Of a DNA stretch of 64,000 bases, positions 1-12,097 are shown one piece after another (position 1 is the stretch's first letter; every line of letters begins with the position of its first letter). Below the pieces are notes generated by a model, which had not been told where the DNA came from, did no database searches, and was given only the letters and a program-made list of their open reading frames with translations. Made by a program: the position numbers and the translations under genes. Source of the stretch: Eledone cirrhosa (Eukaryota); the NCBI GenBank assembly GCA_964016885.1, contig OZ024743.1, positions 22,258,001 to 22,322,000 on the forward strand. Reading direction: 5' to 3'.

Positions 1-803
1 GGAGCACAGGAAATGTCGAAAACGTGTAACTAGAATCCTAGTTATTTAGAACATTTAGGGTACGTAGTTGTTATTAGTGTCAAAGGCATCATGTGGAGAT
101 TCAGGAGTTAAAAAGATGTTCCGCTTGAAATAACACAATTACAGGCAGAACTGGTTGGAAGTGTAATAGGTATAAGTAAAAGCAAAAAGCACAAGCAAAA
201 GAAATACAGGGAAAGAAGTTATAAGCAAGGACAATTGGTGTACAATGAAGGAGGAGTCAATACAGTCAATAATGCATGTATGAAATAAACATATTTTGTG
301 GGGGGTGTTAAAGCATGTTATATTTGTTATAAACATTTAAGATGGCATGCAATTTGTTAGAGAGGCATGTGGTGATAATGTAGGTATTTTTTATGTAAGG
401 TGTAATGTAAAGCACTTGATAGAGTTGGGTATGTGATTTTCATTTAAGTGTTTTTGTGTTGTAGTTCGTATTTATGTGCATGTGTTGTTTGTTACTCACA
501 GCTATTAACCATGGGATTATTTTAAGTCGTTTATAGTCAATAGGTGTTTGTTTGTTAAATGTAAATTCCTCCGAATTACTGGCCATGTAGTTATTGGCCA
601 TGTTGTTATTGTATTTTTTATCTGTAAATTATCTTTTCTAAGGTTTGTATTAACCGTTATTAAGCTGTTGGTAAACCGTTAGGTTACTTAATTTTATAAG
701 CAAACATAAATATAAATATTACTATACATTTCACATCGGGCCAAAACGTAACATCCTCAAAATAGAAATGGACATACATACGGACATATATGATTTTCAC
801 ACA

Positions 804-916
<113 letters not shown>

Positions 917-1174
917 TTACACATATACATTTACATACTCACACCAACAGACACACACATATGTATATTATTAAACGAGAAGAGAAAAAAGAGTATTCAA
1001 TAACAATGGTAGATTGATATAATTCATTGGAAGCTGAAGCTATACAAATGGTTGCACTGACATCCTTAATGACAATTTTTGGACTGTTGTGTAAAAATGG
1101 AAGATGTGTAGACATACATAACATACATACATAGATATGTACAGAGAAACACACATAACACACACATACACACT

Positions 1175-1211
<37 letters not shown>

Positions 1212-1596
1212 GTATGTATGTGTGTGAGTATCTGTACATATGTATATATATGTATGTATATATATGTATACGCAAATGTATATGTATATTTGTATGAGTG
1301 TGTGTGTGTGTGTGTGTGTAATGAACGCATGCTTTGGTGAATGTTGTACGAAACTACGGCATATTTTCATATCACATTCGTTATTTCCGACGCCACCTCG
1401 CCATGGTGTCATTCTAAACTAGGGAATGACAAATCCGACAACAGTAATCCTCTTTCCTTCTGCCTCGACGAAGTGATGGTCACCTAGCAACTGTAACTGC
1501 TAACATGTGTCTGGTTATTTCTGACCAGCCAGAGACAACAAATGCTTTTCATGGATGTCTTCACTTACTTTTCATACACATTTTTAACCTATCACT

Positions 1597-2055
1597 CTCT
1601 TTTTCTTATTCTTCTTCGTGCTCTTGCTCGACGAGACCTGGGTCATCCTAAGCTAGCGTTTCGAAAGCAGCGTCGTGCGTAGAGCCGACCCGGTCCACCA
1701 GTGCTGTCCATCCCTGGTGGTCATGTGGCAATTCCTCTGCATCCTCCAAAGTTATGTCAAGTTTCCGGAGATCTTCCCTAATAATTGTTTCTACTTTTGG
1801 CACAAGGCCAGCAATTCCACCAGTGTATTACTGGTACTTTATTTTATCGACCCCGTAAGGATGAAAAGCAAAGTTAACCTCGGCGGGATTTGAACTCAGA
1901 TCATAAAGAACCATAACTCTATGCTGCAAAGAATGGCGTCCGACACTCTACCGATACTGCCAATCCACCGCTTCCCTAATAATATACAGCCATCTGGTGT
2001 GCGGCCTGACCTGGGGCCTCTTCCAGCCTACAGCCACTCCGTCGAACGAGAGTAA
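1597..2055 (-). mobile_element. RTE-clade LINE 3' fragment, interrupted by a SINE
   Basis: With the SINE removed, the minus strand reads GWKRPQVRPHTRWLYIIREDLRKLDITLEDAEELPHDHQGWTALVDRV, a typical RTE C-terminus (KRPxGRPxxRW...W). An AAG-like tail lies near 1600-1616. Confidence 0.7.
1786..1970 (-). mobile_element. tRNA-derived Nin-domain SINE, full length, with 13-bp target-site duplication (TSD)
   Basis: Minus strand has A box TGGCAGTATCGG, B box GTTCAAATCC, the Nin-like TTTCATCCTTACGGGGTCGATAAAATAAAGTACCAG and an ATT tail. TSD CTTCCCTAATAAT at 1773-1785 and 1971-1983. Confidence 0.85.
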
Positions 2056-2724
2056 GGCTCTCTCTTAGTCATCACAATTTACACAAACACCTTATATTTC
2101 CGTATATTGTTGATTCTTCTTTTGATTACTTTTTCTGTAACAAAAATCACTCAAAGGTTTAAACGGCAGTTAAAATCTCAGATTGTTGAATGTATTAGTT
2201 TATTTTTACTCAACAGATGCCTTCATATTTCTCTGTTCACTTTTCGCCAGTATCAATAATATAATGAATATACCTATACGGGGCGGCGGAACTGGGGGGG
2301 GGGGGGGGGGGGGCATGCTACCCCCGAAAAAAAAAACATTTTTCTCCCCCAAATACCAAAGAACACATTTATTTGTATATGCGCTACAATTTATGTAAAT
2401 GTTATGTAGTGTTATGTAGTGACAGATGGGAAAGATTGATATAGATATAGAGAGGGGGAGAGTTTGGTGCTAATTGATATATATTTCTATTTATTTGCCA
2501 CCAGGGCATCAAAGATTGGAACAAAGACAAAGGGGGGGGGGGAGTTTACATACATTTAAAAAGACGTGTAAAAAACATATAACAAATTAAATTTAACAAT
2601 CGATGTCCTCAATAGGGAGGGGCGTTGACATGGGTCGCACACACCCCCTAAAAAATGTGCAACCCTCCTCTTCAGGAGCACAAAGAGCGAGTGCTTCCTT
2701 CCTCTTCTCATTCTTCTCTTTCAC

Positions 2725-5700
2725 CTACAGGCTGATATAGAGAGATGGCCCATTCACTCGGGCCATTCTCGCTACTTTCACCCATCTTTCATAAAACTTG
2801 CTGGGGTAGAGCACCTCTCTCTCCATTCTGATCCTTCTTCTAAAGTGGTACTTGAAAAAAAAGACCAGTTGTTGGCCGGAGAGAAAGGTGTCTGACCTCA
2901 GCCATGTCAACCTTGTCCACCATACAACTTCTTTCGCCATGGCTATCACACAGAGGAAAACCGCCTCTCCTTCGTTTTTGAAAGGGGAGGCGGTTTGATC
3001 GTGACAATGTTCTCGGTGGTCAACCGGATTGGTCCCACCCGCGACAGTAGTCGTTCCACATAGCCCCACAGGTCAGCAACGCCCGGGCAGTGTACGAATG
3101 CGTGTGCGACGGTTTCCTCGCCACGCACGCATCTCGGACAGATCTTCTTCGAGGGGTCCCTACCCGGGCGCCCGTGTCTGTAGAGCTTGTCCCGAACGGG
3201 TAGAGCTCCTCGGTAACATTGCCAAGCCAGGGACTTTTGGAAGTTGTCCATCGGTCCCGGGCCAAACGTCCTACCGAACAGACTGGCCAGCTCGTCTTCC
3301 TCCATGCCCAGAGCCTCTCCGAGAGCGTCGTCGCACTTACTGCGCACCAACCCTCTATAGAATGTTGAGGTTGAGTCTCCACTGATTGCCGGATCCGCTT
3401 GCCAGAGGGCCGTGAGCGCCTGGGCACATTCAATGTGCCAGTCGCCCACTTTTCCCGGTCTTTGCTTGACCCAGGTTTGCAGCTCGGTGAGTGAGACGAG
3501 TCTCGGAAAGGCTCGCCTCACAAACAGGGCCCACACCGGCTGACCGGTGAGGAATACCTGGAGGTGCCGTAGCCTTAATGCGTGTCTATGCATCGTCAGC
3601 CACGGCATCCCCAGTCCTCCGTTCGAAGGGTGTTGACAGCAGATGGATCTTCTCACCAAAGGAGCCCGCTTCTTCCAAAGAAATCGGAAGAGCGCGCGCT
3701 CCATTTTGGCGAGTGTTTTCTCTGGGCAAGGCACGACGGTCAAGCGGTAGTAGATGACGGACGCTATATAAGCGTTCGCCACCTCCGCTCGACCTTTCAG
3801 GGATAGTTTGCACTCGGCTCACTTCTGGGCGAGTGCAAACACCTTGCCCGTTACCTCGTCCCAGTTTTTCTCCACCTGGAGGTCCGGTCCGAACCAGAAC
3901 CCGAGCAGCTTCACCGGTCCCTCCGTCCAGCGTCCGACGATGCCGTCGGAGGGCATCGTTTTTCACCTCCACGTCCCGAGTTGCAAACCGACGGACTTGT
4001 CCAGGTTCAGCTTGGCTCCTGTAAACCTTTCATATTCCACCAGTAAGGTGGCGATCTGCCCGATTTCCGAGGCGCACGACACCTTTACTGTCACGTCATC
4101 GGCGTAGGCCGACACCGCTTTCCGCAATCCCGGTTCCAAGGGGATGCCCTGCAACAGCTCCAGCTTCCGCAGTAGTGGCTCGAGAGGCAGCACATACAGG
4201 AGGGAGGAGAGAGGGCATCACTGTCGGATGGATCGCGTGATTTGGAACGGCTCCGAGAGGTAGCCGTTCACCTTGACCCTCGAGCAGTTGTTGCTGCTGT
4301 GCATTGCAGCAATCCAGCCCCTGAAAACGGGTCCGAAGCCTGCTGCCGCGAACACCGAATCCAGGTACCGATGGTCAACCCTATCGAACGCCTTAGATTG
4401 ATCCAAGTTGATCAGGGCCCCACCAAAGCCGGGTTCGTTCCCTACCCTCTCTACGATGTATCGCATGAGGTAGAGGTTGTCGTGTATGGACCTGGACGGG
4501 ATTGCGCATGTCTGCGCTTCTCCCACCAGGTTCCCGACGACAAGCGCCAATCTCTTCGCTAACACCTTGGCCAAAATCTTTAACTCTGTGTTTAGCAGAG
4601 TTATGGGCCTGAAGTTATCTATGTCATCCCCCTTGTTCTCGTCCTTCCTCACCAGCGTGACTACGCCCTTGGTCACAGAACTGGGAATTCTCCCGTTCTG
4701 TTGCCAGTTGCAGTAGACCGCCTCGAGGAGACCGGAGAACAAGCCCGGCATCGCTACATAAAGTTCGTATGGTAGACCATCGAGACCCGGAGATTTGCGT
4801 TTGCCGCATTGGCTCAGCGCTTCCCCTATTTCAGCGGCTGAAATCGGCCTCTCGCAGGACTTCGCCTCCCTGTCCGAGAGCCGCGCCAGACCGTCGAGGT
4901 ATTGATCGAAATCCATGGCTCCACCCGGCCCGCCGCCCCTCCCGAACAGTCGTGCAAAGCGCCGTTGAAAGGCCGCGCTCATCCACTCAGGTTCAAGGAT
5001 CACGCGTCCATCCTGGTCCTTCAAAGACCGAATCGTGGACTTGTTTCCACTTTTTGCCTCTGTCACTCAGGCCCAGCTAACAGCTTTGGCTCCCTCGTTA
5101 CCCAGAGCACGTATTTTACTCCTGAAAACGCAGCCCTCGTACTTCGCATCAAAGAACTGGTCTAGGGCCGTTCTTGACGCCAGCACGCCGGCCACGTTGC
5201 TACTCCTAATCGCCTCTTCTACTCTATTTGTTAATTCCCTTTCAGTTCTATTCCTATCTGATGCTAATTCCCGACTAAAACCTATCGATTCTATTCTAAT
5301 TTCTCTCTTGAGAGAGCCCCACCACCTGCTGTTGACAATTGCCCCCGTCAACGCTGCTTAACTAGTGTGCTAATCCGCTACTGTAAGCTTTGTTTGTCGG
5401 TAAAGACAAGTTTAGCTTCCAGTAACCGTGTCCCTGTCTATGAGTTCTATCAAGGTTGACCACTCCGGTCACCAACTTGTGATCCGAATAGTCAACCATG
5501 AACATTCGTGGACAGCTTAATATGTCCTTATCCTTTTTTCTAACTAGGAACCTATCTAGATACGACCTAGATGTTCCGCTGCGATTACTCCACGTCCACC
5601 GTGGCACAGTCGGAAAATCTAGTCGATAATTATCGGCCAGATCAAATCGGCCGATTAATCGTTTGAGGCTGTTACACCCCCCCCCCCCCCCTCTATCGGG

Positions 5701-6168
5701 AAATGCCCCTACATAGTCCCAACGTGCATCCAGGATACCATTCCAGTCCCTCACTAAAAGCAAGGAGCGAGACGTTCCCAGGAAATTCTCCAGGCGTCGG
5801 AAGATGTCTGGTCGCGGTGTCGCAGATGGGGCATACGCTGCCACCAGCCTGAAAGCTCCACCTTCACCACTGCCCACGTCTAAAACCACCAGTCGACCCT
5901 CCGGGTCCAGGTGTAGCTTCTGTGTGGCAAGACCCAGGTATTTTCGCAGCAGAACGATAACCCCTCCCCCACCCCTCGGCTGACAGTGAGATGCGTAGAT
6001 CTCAAAGTCGTCGAAGATGGGGGCCAGTTGGCGCTCGCTGCTGATCCTGGACTCGCAAATAACCATTACATCTACTCTGTGCGACCTGAGGTCATTTAAG
6101 AGTTTGCCTTGTTTCCAGGACATCCCCAAGCCGCGTGCATTCATACATCCAACTCTTATATTGGCCAT
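2725..6168 (-). pseudogene. L1/Tx1 ORF2 (APE endonuclease, reverse transcriptase, CCHC-type C-terminus) with several stops and frameshifts
   Basis: APE motifs NARG, YAPS, DWN, SYLDRF and SDH (5362-6168). RT motifs KSPGLDG, NFRPITLLNTELKILAKVLAKRL, LDQSKAFDRVDH, RQ*CPLS (G changed to stop at 4218) and YADD. C-terminal CPRC...ETVAHAFVHC. Confidence 0.93.
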
Positions 6169-6210
6169 GTTGGTGCTGAAGAATTAAAAAGGATGAGGAA
6201 AGGAAATTAC

Positions 6211-7983
6211 TTACCTCTTCGTCTCCTGGGGACCAGGCTGCACAATTTCCATGGGGGTGTTGGAAGGGTTGTTTGGTGGGGTTGTGGTTTGTGGTGGGGT
6301 GAGGACATCAGTGTGTGGTGGGATTAGGGTGTTTGGTGGGGTGTGGGGATGGGGAAACATCTCAATAGGACGCTGTTATGTGGTTTGGTGCAGTTGGTCC
6401 CCACATGCATTGGATGGTTCTTTTTCAAAGTTACATAGGTTTCCGTTGGGACCCTATTCATCATTAGGTGCGGTTTGTTCGCTGCGTAGGTGAAAGTGAT
6501 CCCTTCGGTTTCCACCGAAGGGTTATTTTCTATCGCTTTCATCAACGTTTTATTGTTCTTGTTAATGTATGTATAGAGTTTTTGTTGTGTTGTGTTTGTT
6601 TTTGTTTGTTGTTCTTGTGCGTGTTTTCGTTTTGTAGTACGTGTTATGTTTTGGGGAGGGGTGGGTTTTTTTATTTGTGATGTTTGTTCTGTTTGTGCTG
6701 GTGGTTGTGTGTTTGTGGCAGTGGCATTTTTGTTAATGTGGTGCCTTTTTTTTTTCCTTTTCACCTGTTGAAAGGGTTCTCCCTCGTCGTCACTGGGTGA
6801 CGTTGATACGTAGTCCTCTTCCGTGTTGTTGGGGAGGGGTATATTTTGGGGTTTTGTTGTGGTTGCTTTTGTATTTGTTTTAGGTGGGGAGGGGTTGGGT
6901 GGAACAGTGTTTTGTGCTGTTATTTTTCCGTGTTGTTGTGGTTGTTGTTGTTGTGGTGGTGGTGGTGGTTGTGTTGTTGTGTTCGGGGTTGGCAGAAGAG
7001 CCATTTTTTTTACTCGTTAATTGAGGACAGGCAGCCCTCAAGTGACCCCTGCTTAAGCAGTGGTAACATGACGACCGCCTTCCCTCCACTGAAATGTTTA
7101 TAGAAGTTAGCCCGTCCAGAGGCACGCGTTGTGGGATATTCGCTATTCATTCTGGGCTCATTTGCACCAGAACTTCTACGCTGGTCCCACCAAATACACC
7201 TCCGGAGGACTTTCCTATTGAAATTATCTTGTCTTCGTCAAAGTCAATGATTCCACATAGTATCCACCAAATGTTTACATTTGGTGTGATACTCATGATT
7301 TTTATTCTTTGTGTCCTTTTTCCCCTGTATGTGGGGAAAAAGGTGAAGCGTGGGGACACAATGGGTGATACCGAGTACTTTTGTGCTGTTGACTGGTTGT
7401 TTATTAGCACCGAAATGCTACCAAACAGTTTACCTTTTTGTATGAAGGTTAAGTCCTTCATTGCATCTTTTAGAACCAGCTCAATTTCATTTTGTGATAA
7501 TTGAGCTGGTTTTCTTGTTTCGTTCGATATTGTCCTGAAAACCACAGTCTACGTAATTCCTGTGGAGAATTGATGCTAAAAGCACCGTTTTCGCCAAAAG
7601 TCACGAATTGTTTTGCGTCTTGTAATAGTTGTTTAGCATTTGTTATGTCTATTGGCGTGTATAGTTCGTTTTTTTTTTACAGTCTGTGCGAATGTTGTTT
7701 TGGTGTTGTTGTCTTTTTTGTTGCTGTCACTGTTGGTAATATTGTTCATGTTTTCCTTGGTGTTGCTATTGTTGCAGTTGTTGGTTGTGGTGTTATTGTC
7801 ATTGTTCTTATTGTTGGTGCTCGTGTTATTTACTGGGTTTGGTTTCGTGGTTTCAATATTTTCAACCTTTTTCGATAATGCGAGGGGGGAAGGCTGCAAG
7901 CTTTGTACTCCTACCTTCCCTCCACCACTTTTCTTAGTGGGCGTGGCACTCACAACAGTGTGCGAGGTGGAAATGGCATCCAT
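6211..7983 (-). pseudogene. L1/Tx1 ORF1 (gag-like, zinc knuckle), frameshifted
   Basis: ORF pieces 7633-8079, 7147-7545, 6880-7125 (CYHCLSRGHLRAAC = CX2CX4HX4C) and 6324-7004 (P/T/Q-rich). Frameshifts fall at poly-T runs, and the pieces lie directly upstream of ORF2. Confidence 0.75.
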
Positions 7984-8185
7984 TGCCACCAAGTCTACAC
8001 AGTTTTGAAAATGAAAATGAAAATTTCGCCCCAGAAAGGGGCGAAAATTAGTTGACTCAACGTCTGACAGCCCAGGCAAGGAGTTAAACTAAACAATGTT
8101 ATTAAATTGAGCAATAAACTCACAGTTTTTTTGACAATAATCCGTAAAAATCCGGAGCAAAGTAATTCACGTCTATATCAAGTGT

Positions 8186-8640
8186 TAATTGATATAGAGA
8201 GGAAGCTTGGGAGAGTGTGTTGTATATTAGATATAGAAATGGGAGAGATTGATGTTTATTGATATAGAGAGGGGGATTGGGAGGGAATGTTGTATAGTAC
8301 ATATAGAGAGGGCGAGAGTTTAGTAGTGATAGATAGAATGAGAGAGAATGAGATTGTGTTGTATGGTAGATATAGAGAGGGAGAGAGTTTGGTGGTAATT
8401 GATATAGAGAGGGTTATTGGAAGAGAGTTCCGTGTAGTAGATATAGAGAGGAGGAGAAATTGGTGAAAAATAAGTGTAGATATTTATAGAGAGTGACAGA
8501 ATGTATTATTCTTAGATATAGAGAGTGGGATAAGAGAGGCGGTGTCGTGGTAGATATAATGAAGGGTAGAGTTTGGTTTTAGTAGATACAGAGAGGGGGA
8601 TTAAAAGAGCCAAATAATTGGAAATAATGGGGGTGAGGGT
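8186..8640. repeat. Degenerate GA-rich minisatellite (GATATAGAGAGGG...GTTTGGTG), continuing at 2420-2481 on the other side of the L1
   Basis: Recurrent GATATAGAGAG units on both sides of the L1 insertion. Confidence 0.7.
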
Positions 8641-8743
8641 GGGGTGACAGTAATTGTATAGTGTACGTTCGCAAATATAGGATTTCTTGTAATATTCTTT
8701 TGTCATATATAATGTTTTTTTTAATGTAATAAAATCATTATTA

Positions 8744-8884
8744 GATCCCCGTATGGATGAAACGCAAAGTACAAATCCCGCCGAGGTTAACTTTGCCTTT
8801 CATCCTTACGGGGTCGATAAAATAAAGTACCAGTAATGTACTGGGTAATTGCTGGCCTTGTGCCCAAAAGTAGAAACAATTATT
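8744..8884 (+). mobile_element. 5'-truncated Nin-SINE with an inverted 5' segment
   Basis: 8772-8884 is SINE body. 8744-8770 is the reverse complement of 8790-8815. TSD ATTATTAGAT at 8737-8746 and 8879-8888. Confidence 0.75.
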
Positions 8885-9147
8885 AGATTCTCTAGGTGCT
8901 GTATCAATATGAATCACAATAAAATTTCGTCGGTGATAGATTAGCAAAATTTAATAAGTAGATGGCTTGTAGGGTGGGGTGGGGTAGAGTTGGGAGAAAA
9001 TCTGGGGGCGGGATCTGACAAATTAATAAGCGGGTGTGTGGGGACGGTTATTCAAGATCCGGGAGTACGTGAATTATTGACGACGTAGGAATGAAAACTC
9101 AATACCTAAGTAGAGTTCACATATTCATTTATTATTGCTAAACCTTC

Positions 9148-9226
9148 TTACTGTGGAGTCTCACTGCGTACTCACCAGAGAAGACTGGTGATCCTGTGAG
9201 TGCGCAGGTGAAACTTTAGAGTAACA
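9148..9226 (+). ncRNA. Degenerate minimal type I HHR in a fold-back Penelope-like pseudo-LTR (pLTR) stub
   Basis: CTGGTGA (9185-9191, A6 changed to G), stem II CCTGT/GCAGG, GAAA 9210-9213, then CTTTAGAG-TA. An inverted partial copy lies at 9148-9178. Confidence 0.55.
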
Positions 9227-9275
9227 AAGCTCCCCAATAGCCATAAGAAATGAATATATATATATATATATATAA

Positions 9276-9331
<56 letters not shown>

Positions 9332-9732
9332 TCCAGAAATAGCCGTCGAAACGGCTTGAGCTCTGCCGTCGGGGTCTTGAACATTTTCCTATATACATAT
9401 ATATATATATATATATAGGAGATGAATAAATCGATATAATACGAGTTTCTTACCAAATGGAAAGAAGCTCGATATATTAACCCCCTAGGAAAGGGAACAG
9501 AGCATAATTTGTTTTGATTATAAAGTGGTGGTGGAACTGGATCGGGGGGGGGGGGAATTCCCCCTCCCAATAATTATATTTTCTCCCCAAACTACCAAAA
9601 CACACTTCTATTTGGATATGCGTTACAACGTATGTACATGTTATGTTTATCGCATATCGACGTTTTCTTACCATTTTAGAGTGAAAAGAGCCAAACTAAT
9701 CACTACAACTAAATTGTCCAAATTTATTGTTA

Positions 9733-9797
<65 letters not shown>

Positions 9798-9979
9798 TTA
9801 AGGGTACTATTTATGGTTATGTATGCAATAAAACCTTTAATGGTAATATATTATATATACAAACCCTAAATAGTGAGAGATAGTCATTAATTACTATCCT
9901 ATTACCAGTAAGATAAATAGCTCAATGTAATAACATCAGTTGTTTTACAGAGCAGTTATATATATATATATATATATAT

Positions 9980-11890
9980 ATTAATAACAATATATTAGTT
10001 AATGGGAATAACAATAATAATAGTTTAAACATGAATAATAGTAGAACACCTTTAAATAATAATGGAAATAGTATAACGTCTGTAAATAACACTGAGAAGA
10101 TATGTAATTGTAAAAAGAGGTCTGAATGTCCTTTACAAAATAATTGCCTTGACAAAAATCTAGTATATAAATGTACCATTAAGGCAACAAATTATATATA
10201 TAACTACATAGGTGCCACCTCATCTAAATTTAAGGAACGTTGGTATAACCATAGACATACTTTTAAAAGACCAGATAAGAAATTTTCAACTTCACTTTCG
10301 CAATTAGTGTGATCTTTAAAGGGCAATAATATTAAATACGCTATCTCTTGGAGGAAATTAAAGATGCTACTTCCTATCAGAAATTTGCAATCTTTGTAAC
10401 CAAGAGATTCTACAGATAATTACAAACTATGACAATTTAATCAACAACAAAAAAAATTAATTATTTAGCAGTTGTCACCATAAAATTGGTAAAACTTTCC
10501 AGGCAATGTACCAGTTTCGAAAAAATTATGACAATTAATAATTTAAATATATATAAATTTTGCCTTATTGAAGTAATAATTTATTGATATTTATATGTAT
10601 CGGAATAATTTCATTAAGAGTCTCTTTATCCTATGATTTGATTAGGACAGTTCAATATTCAATTAGACATCAATTATGATATATACAATTGATGATTTAT
10701 GACTTTTGAATTATCGCTGGACGTGAGAGTAGAGATGAGTTATAAATGCCTCTATATGGTGAATGAGTTATCTTCCTTTTGTTTGCATTATCCGTAAAAA
10801 TTTCTTTTTGACTAGCTTGTTAAAACATATTAAATATGAAATATGAAGATTAATAATATATAGACTATCATTAAAAGGAAACTATATATCAAAATAAGTA
10901 AATACAGAAGTAAATATAACCATTCATTAAATAAATGAAAAATTATAGAGAGTAAATATAACTACAGTTTGATTCTAGGAAATAAATGAAAATTAAGGAA
11001 TAGTAAAGCTTTTATAAAGCGAATCTCTAAATTAAAATAAATTAATTTGAGTATATGTATTGTTGATGATATATGCATGGTATTATATTTTAATAATTAT
11101 TTAAATACACTTGAAAGATTAATTCTTTTAAAGTTGTAACAAAATATTAATAGAATATCTTACCTTAAAATTAAAAATGATAATAATCTTTAATGAGCTA
11201 AATTAAATTATATAAATTTATAATTAACTTAAATATGTGATTGCTATAGAAAGTAATCTATACTGAATAATTTAGATATAATATAAAAGTATAATTAGCT
11301 AAAACATAATCAAATCCAAGCGATATTCATTGATATATGTGAATAGATTTGATTTCTTATTTTATCTAGCATTTGAAAACAATGGTTTTATTTATATTCC
11401 CCTCTATTTAGTTTTTTCTTCTTCCTTTTCTTTGTTTTTCTTTATCCCCCTTCGTTTCCTTTTACTCTCCTCACATCTTTCCTCTCTTTTGTCTTTATTC
11501 CTCTTTTCTTTTTATATATTTCTTTTCTTCTTTTATTCATTCATCCATTTATTTTTTTATTCATTTTATTCATTATTTATTTATGTATTTATTTATTTCT
11601 TGCCTTTTCCTCTTTTTTTGCACCCCCTCTTATATCTCTAATTTGCTCCACGTCCTTTTCTTCTTTAAGTTTATCATATTATTTGTGGTATAAAAATTTT
11701 GTGATTTGATGAAATAAATTACTGCCAATACTGGAATTGAATAATCAAGACTGTAGCGGTATGTCATATATCAAATCATATATTTTGTCTGATGAAAACA
11801 TACTTAAACAACATAGTACCTTTGAAATATATATAATAAAGTATATATTTTGATTATGTGAATATTTTTCATTTGTTAACATTTTGAATA
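9980..11890 (+). mobile_element. Penelope-like element 3' part: GIY-YIG endonuclease, long 3' UTR and pLTR with HHR
   Basis: ORF 10031-10312 reads CNCKKRSECP...CLDKNLVYKCTI...YIGAT...FKERWYNH...STSLS, the GIY-YIG domain with its Cys motif. It continues decayed to about 10490. HHR at 11778-11846. Confidence 0.8.
11778..11846 (+). ncRNA. Minimal type I hammerhead ribozyme
   Basis: Stem I ATATATTTTGT/ATAAAGTATAT (11 bp including G:U). CTGATGA 11789-11795. Stem II AAA..TACT/AGTA..TTT. GAAA 11824-11827. Palindromic stem III ATATATAT. AUA cleavage triplet. Confidence 0.75.
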
Positions 11891-11970
<80 letters not shown>

Positions 11971-11976
<6 letters not shown>

Positions 11977-12097
11977 GGAAGTCAAAAATTATCCGCACTT
12001 TTGCCATAACATATCTTTACGTTTATCACAGAGCCTTCTGCTCATGCGTGCTTATATTTGGTACTATGGCGGTCACGTGATCGAAGTTTGAGCTTGA
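11971..12097 (+). mobile_element. Possible mariner-like terminal fragment
   Basis: Begins CGAGGGGAAGTCAAAAATTATCCGCAC, which resembles mariner terminal inverted repeats (TIRs). No partner end was found. Confidence 0.35.

Larger units (their letters stand above)
2482..8185 (-). mobile_element. Full-length L1/Tx1-clade non-LTR retrotransposon (about 5.7 kb), disrupted
   Basis: ORF1 with a CCHC knuckle, ORF2 with APE, RT and a zinc-binding tail, and AATAAA near the 3' end (about 2489-2495). Candidate TSD GTG[C/T]TAATTGATATA at 2467-2481 and 8182-8196. Confidence 0.9.

Noticed and set aside
1-700. Strand-skewed sequence and ORF 139-336
   Set aside because: Possibly an old retroelement, but no recognisable motif was found.
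3020-5361. Antisense and alternative-frame ORFs over L1 ORF2 (also over CRE and the transposase)
   Set aside because: These are expected by-products of GC-rich coding sequence and carry no motifs.
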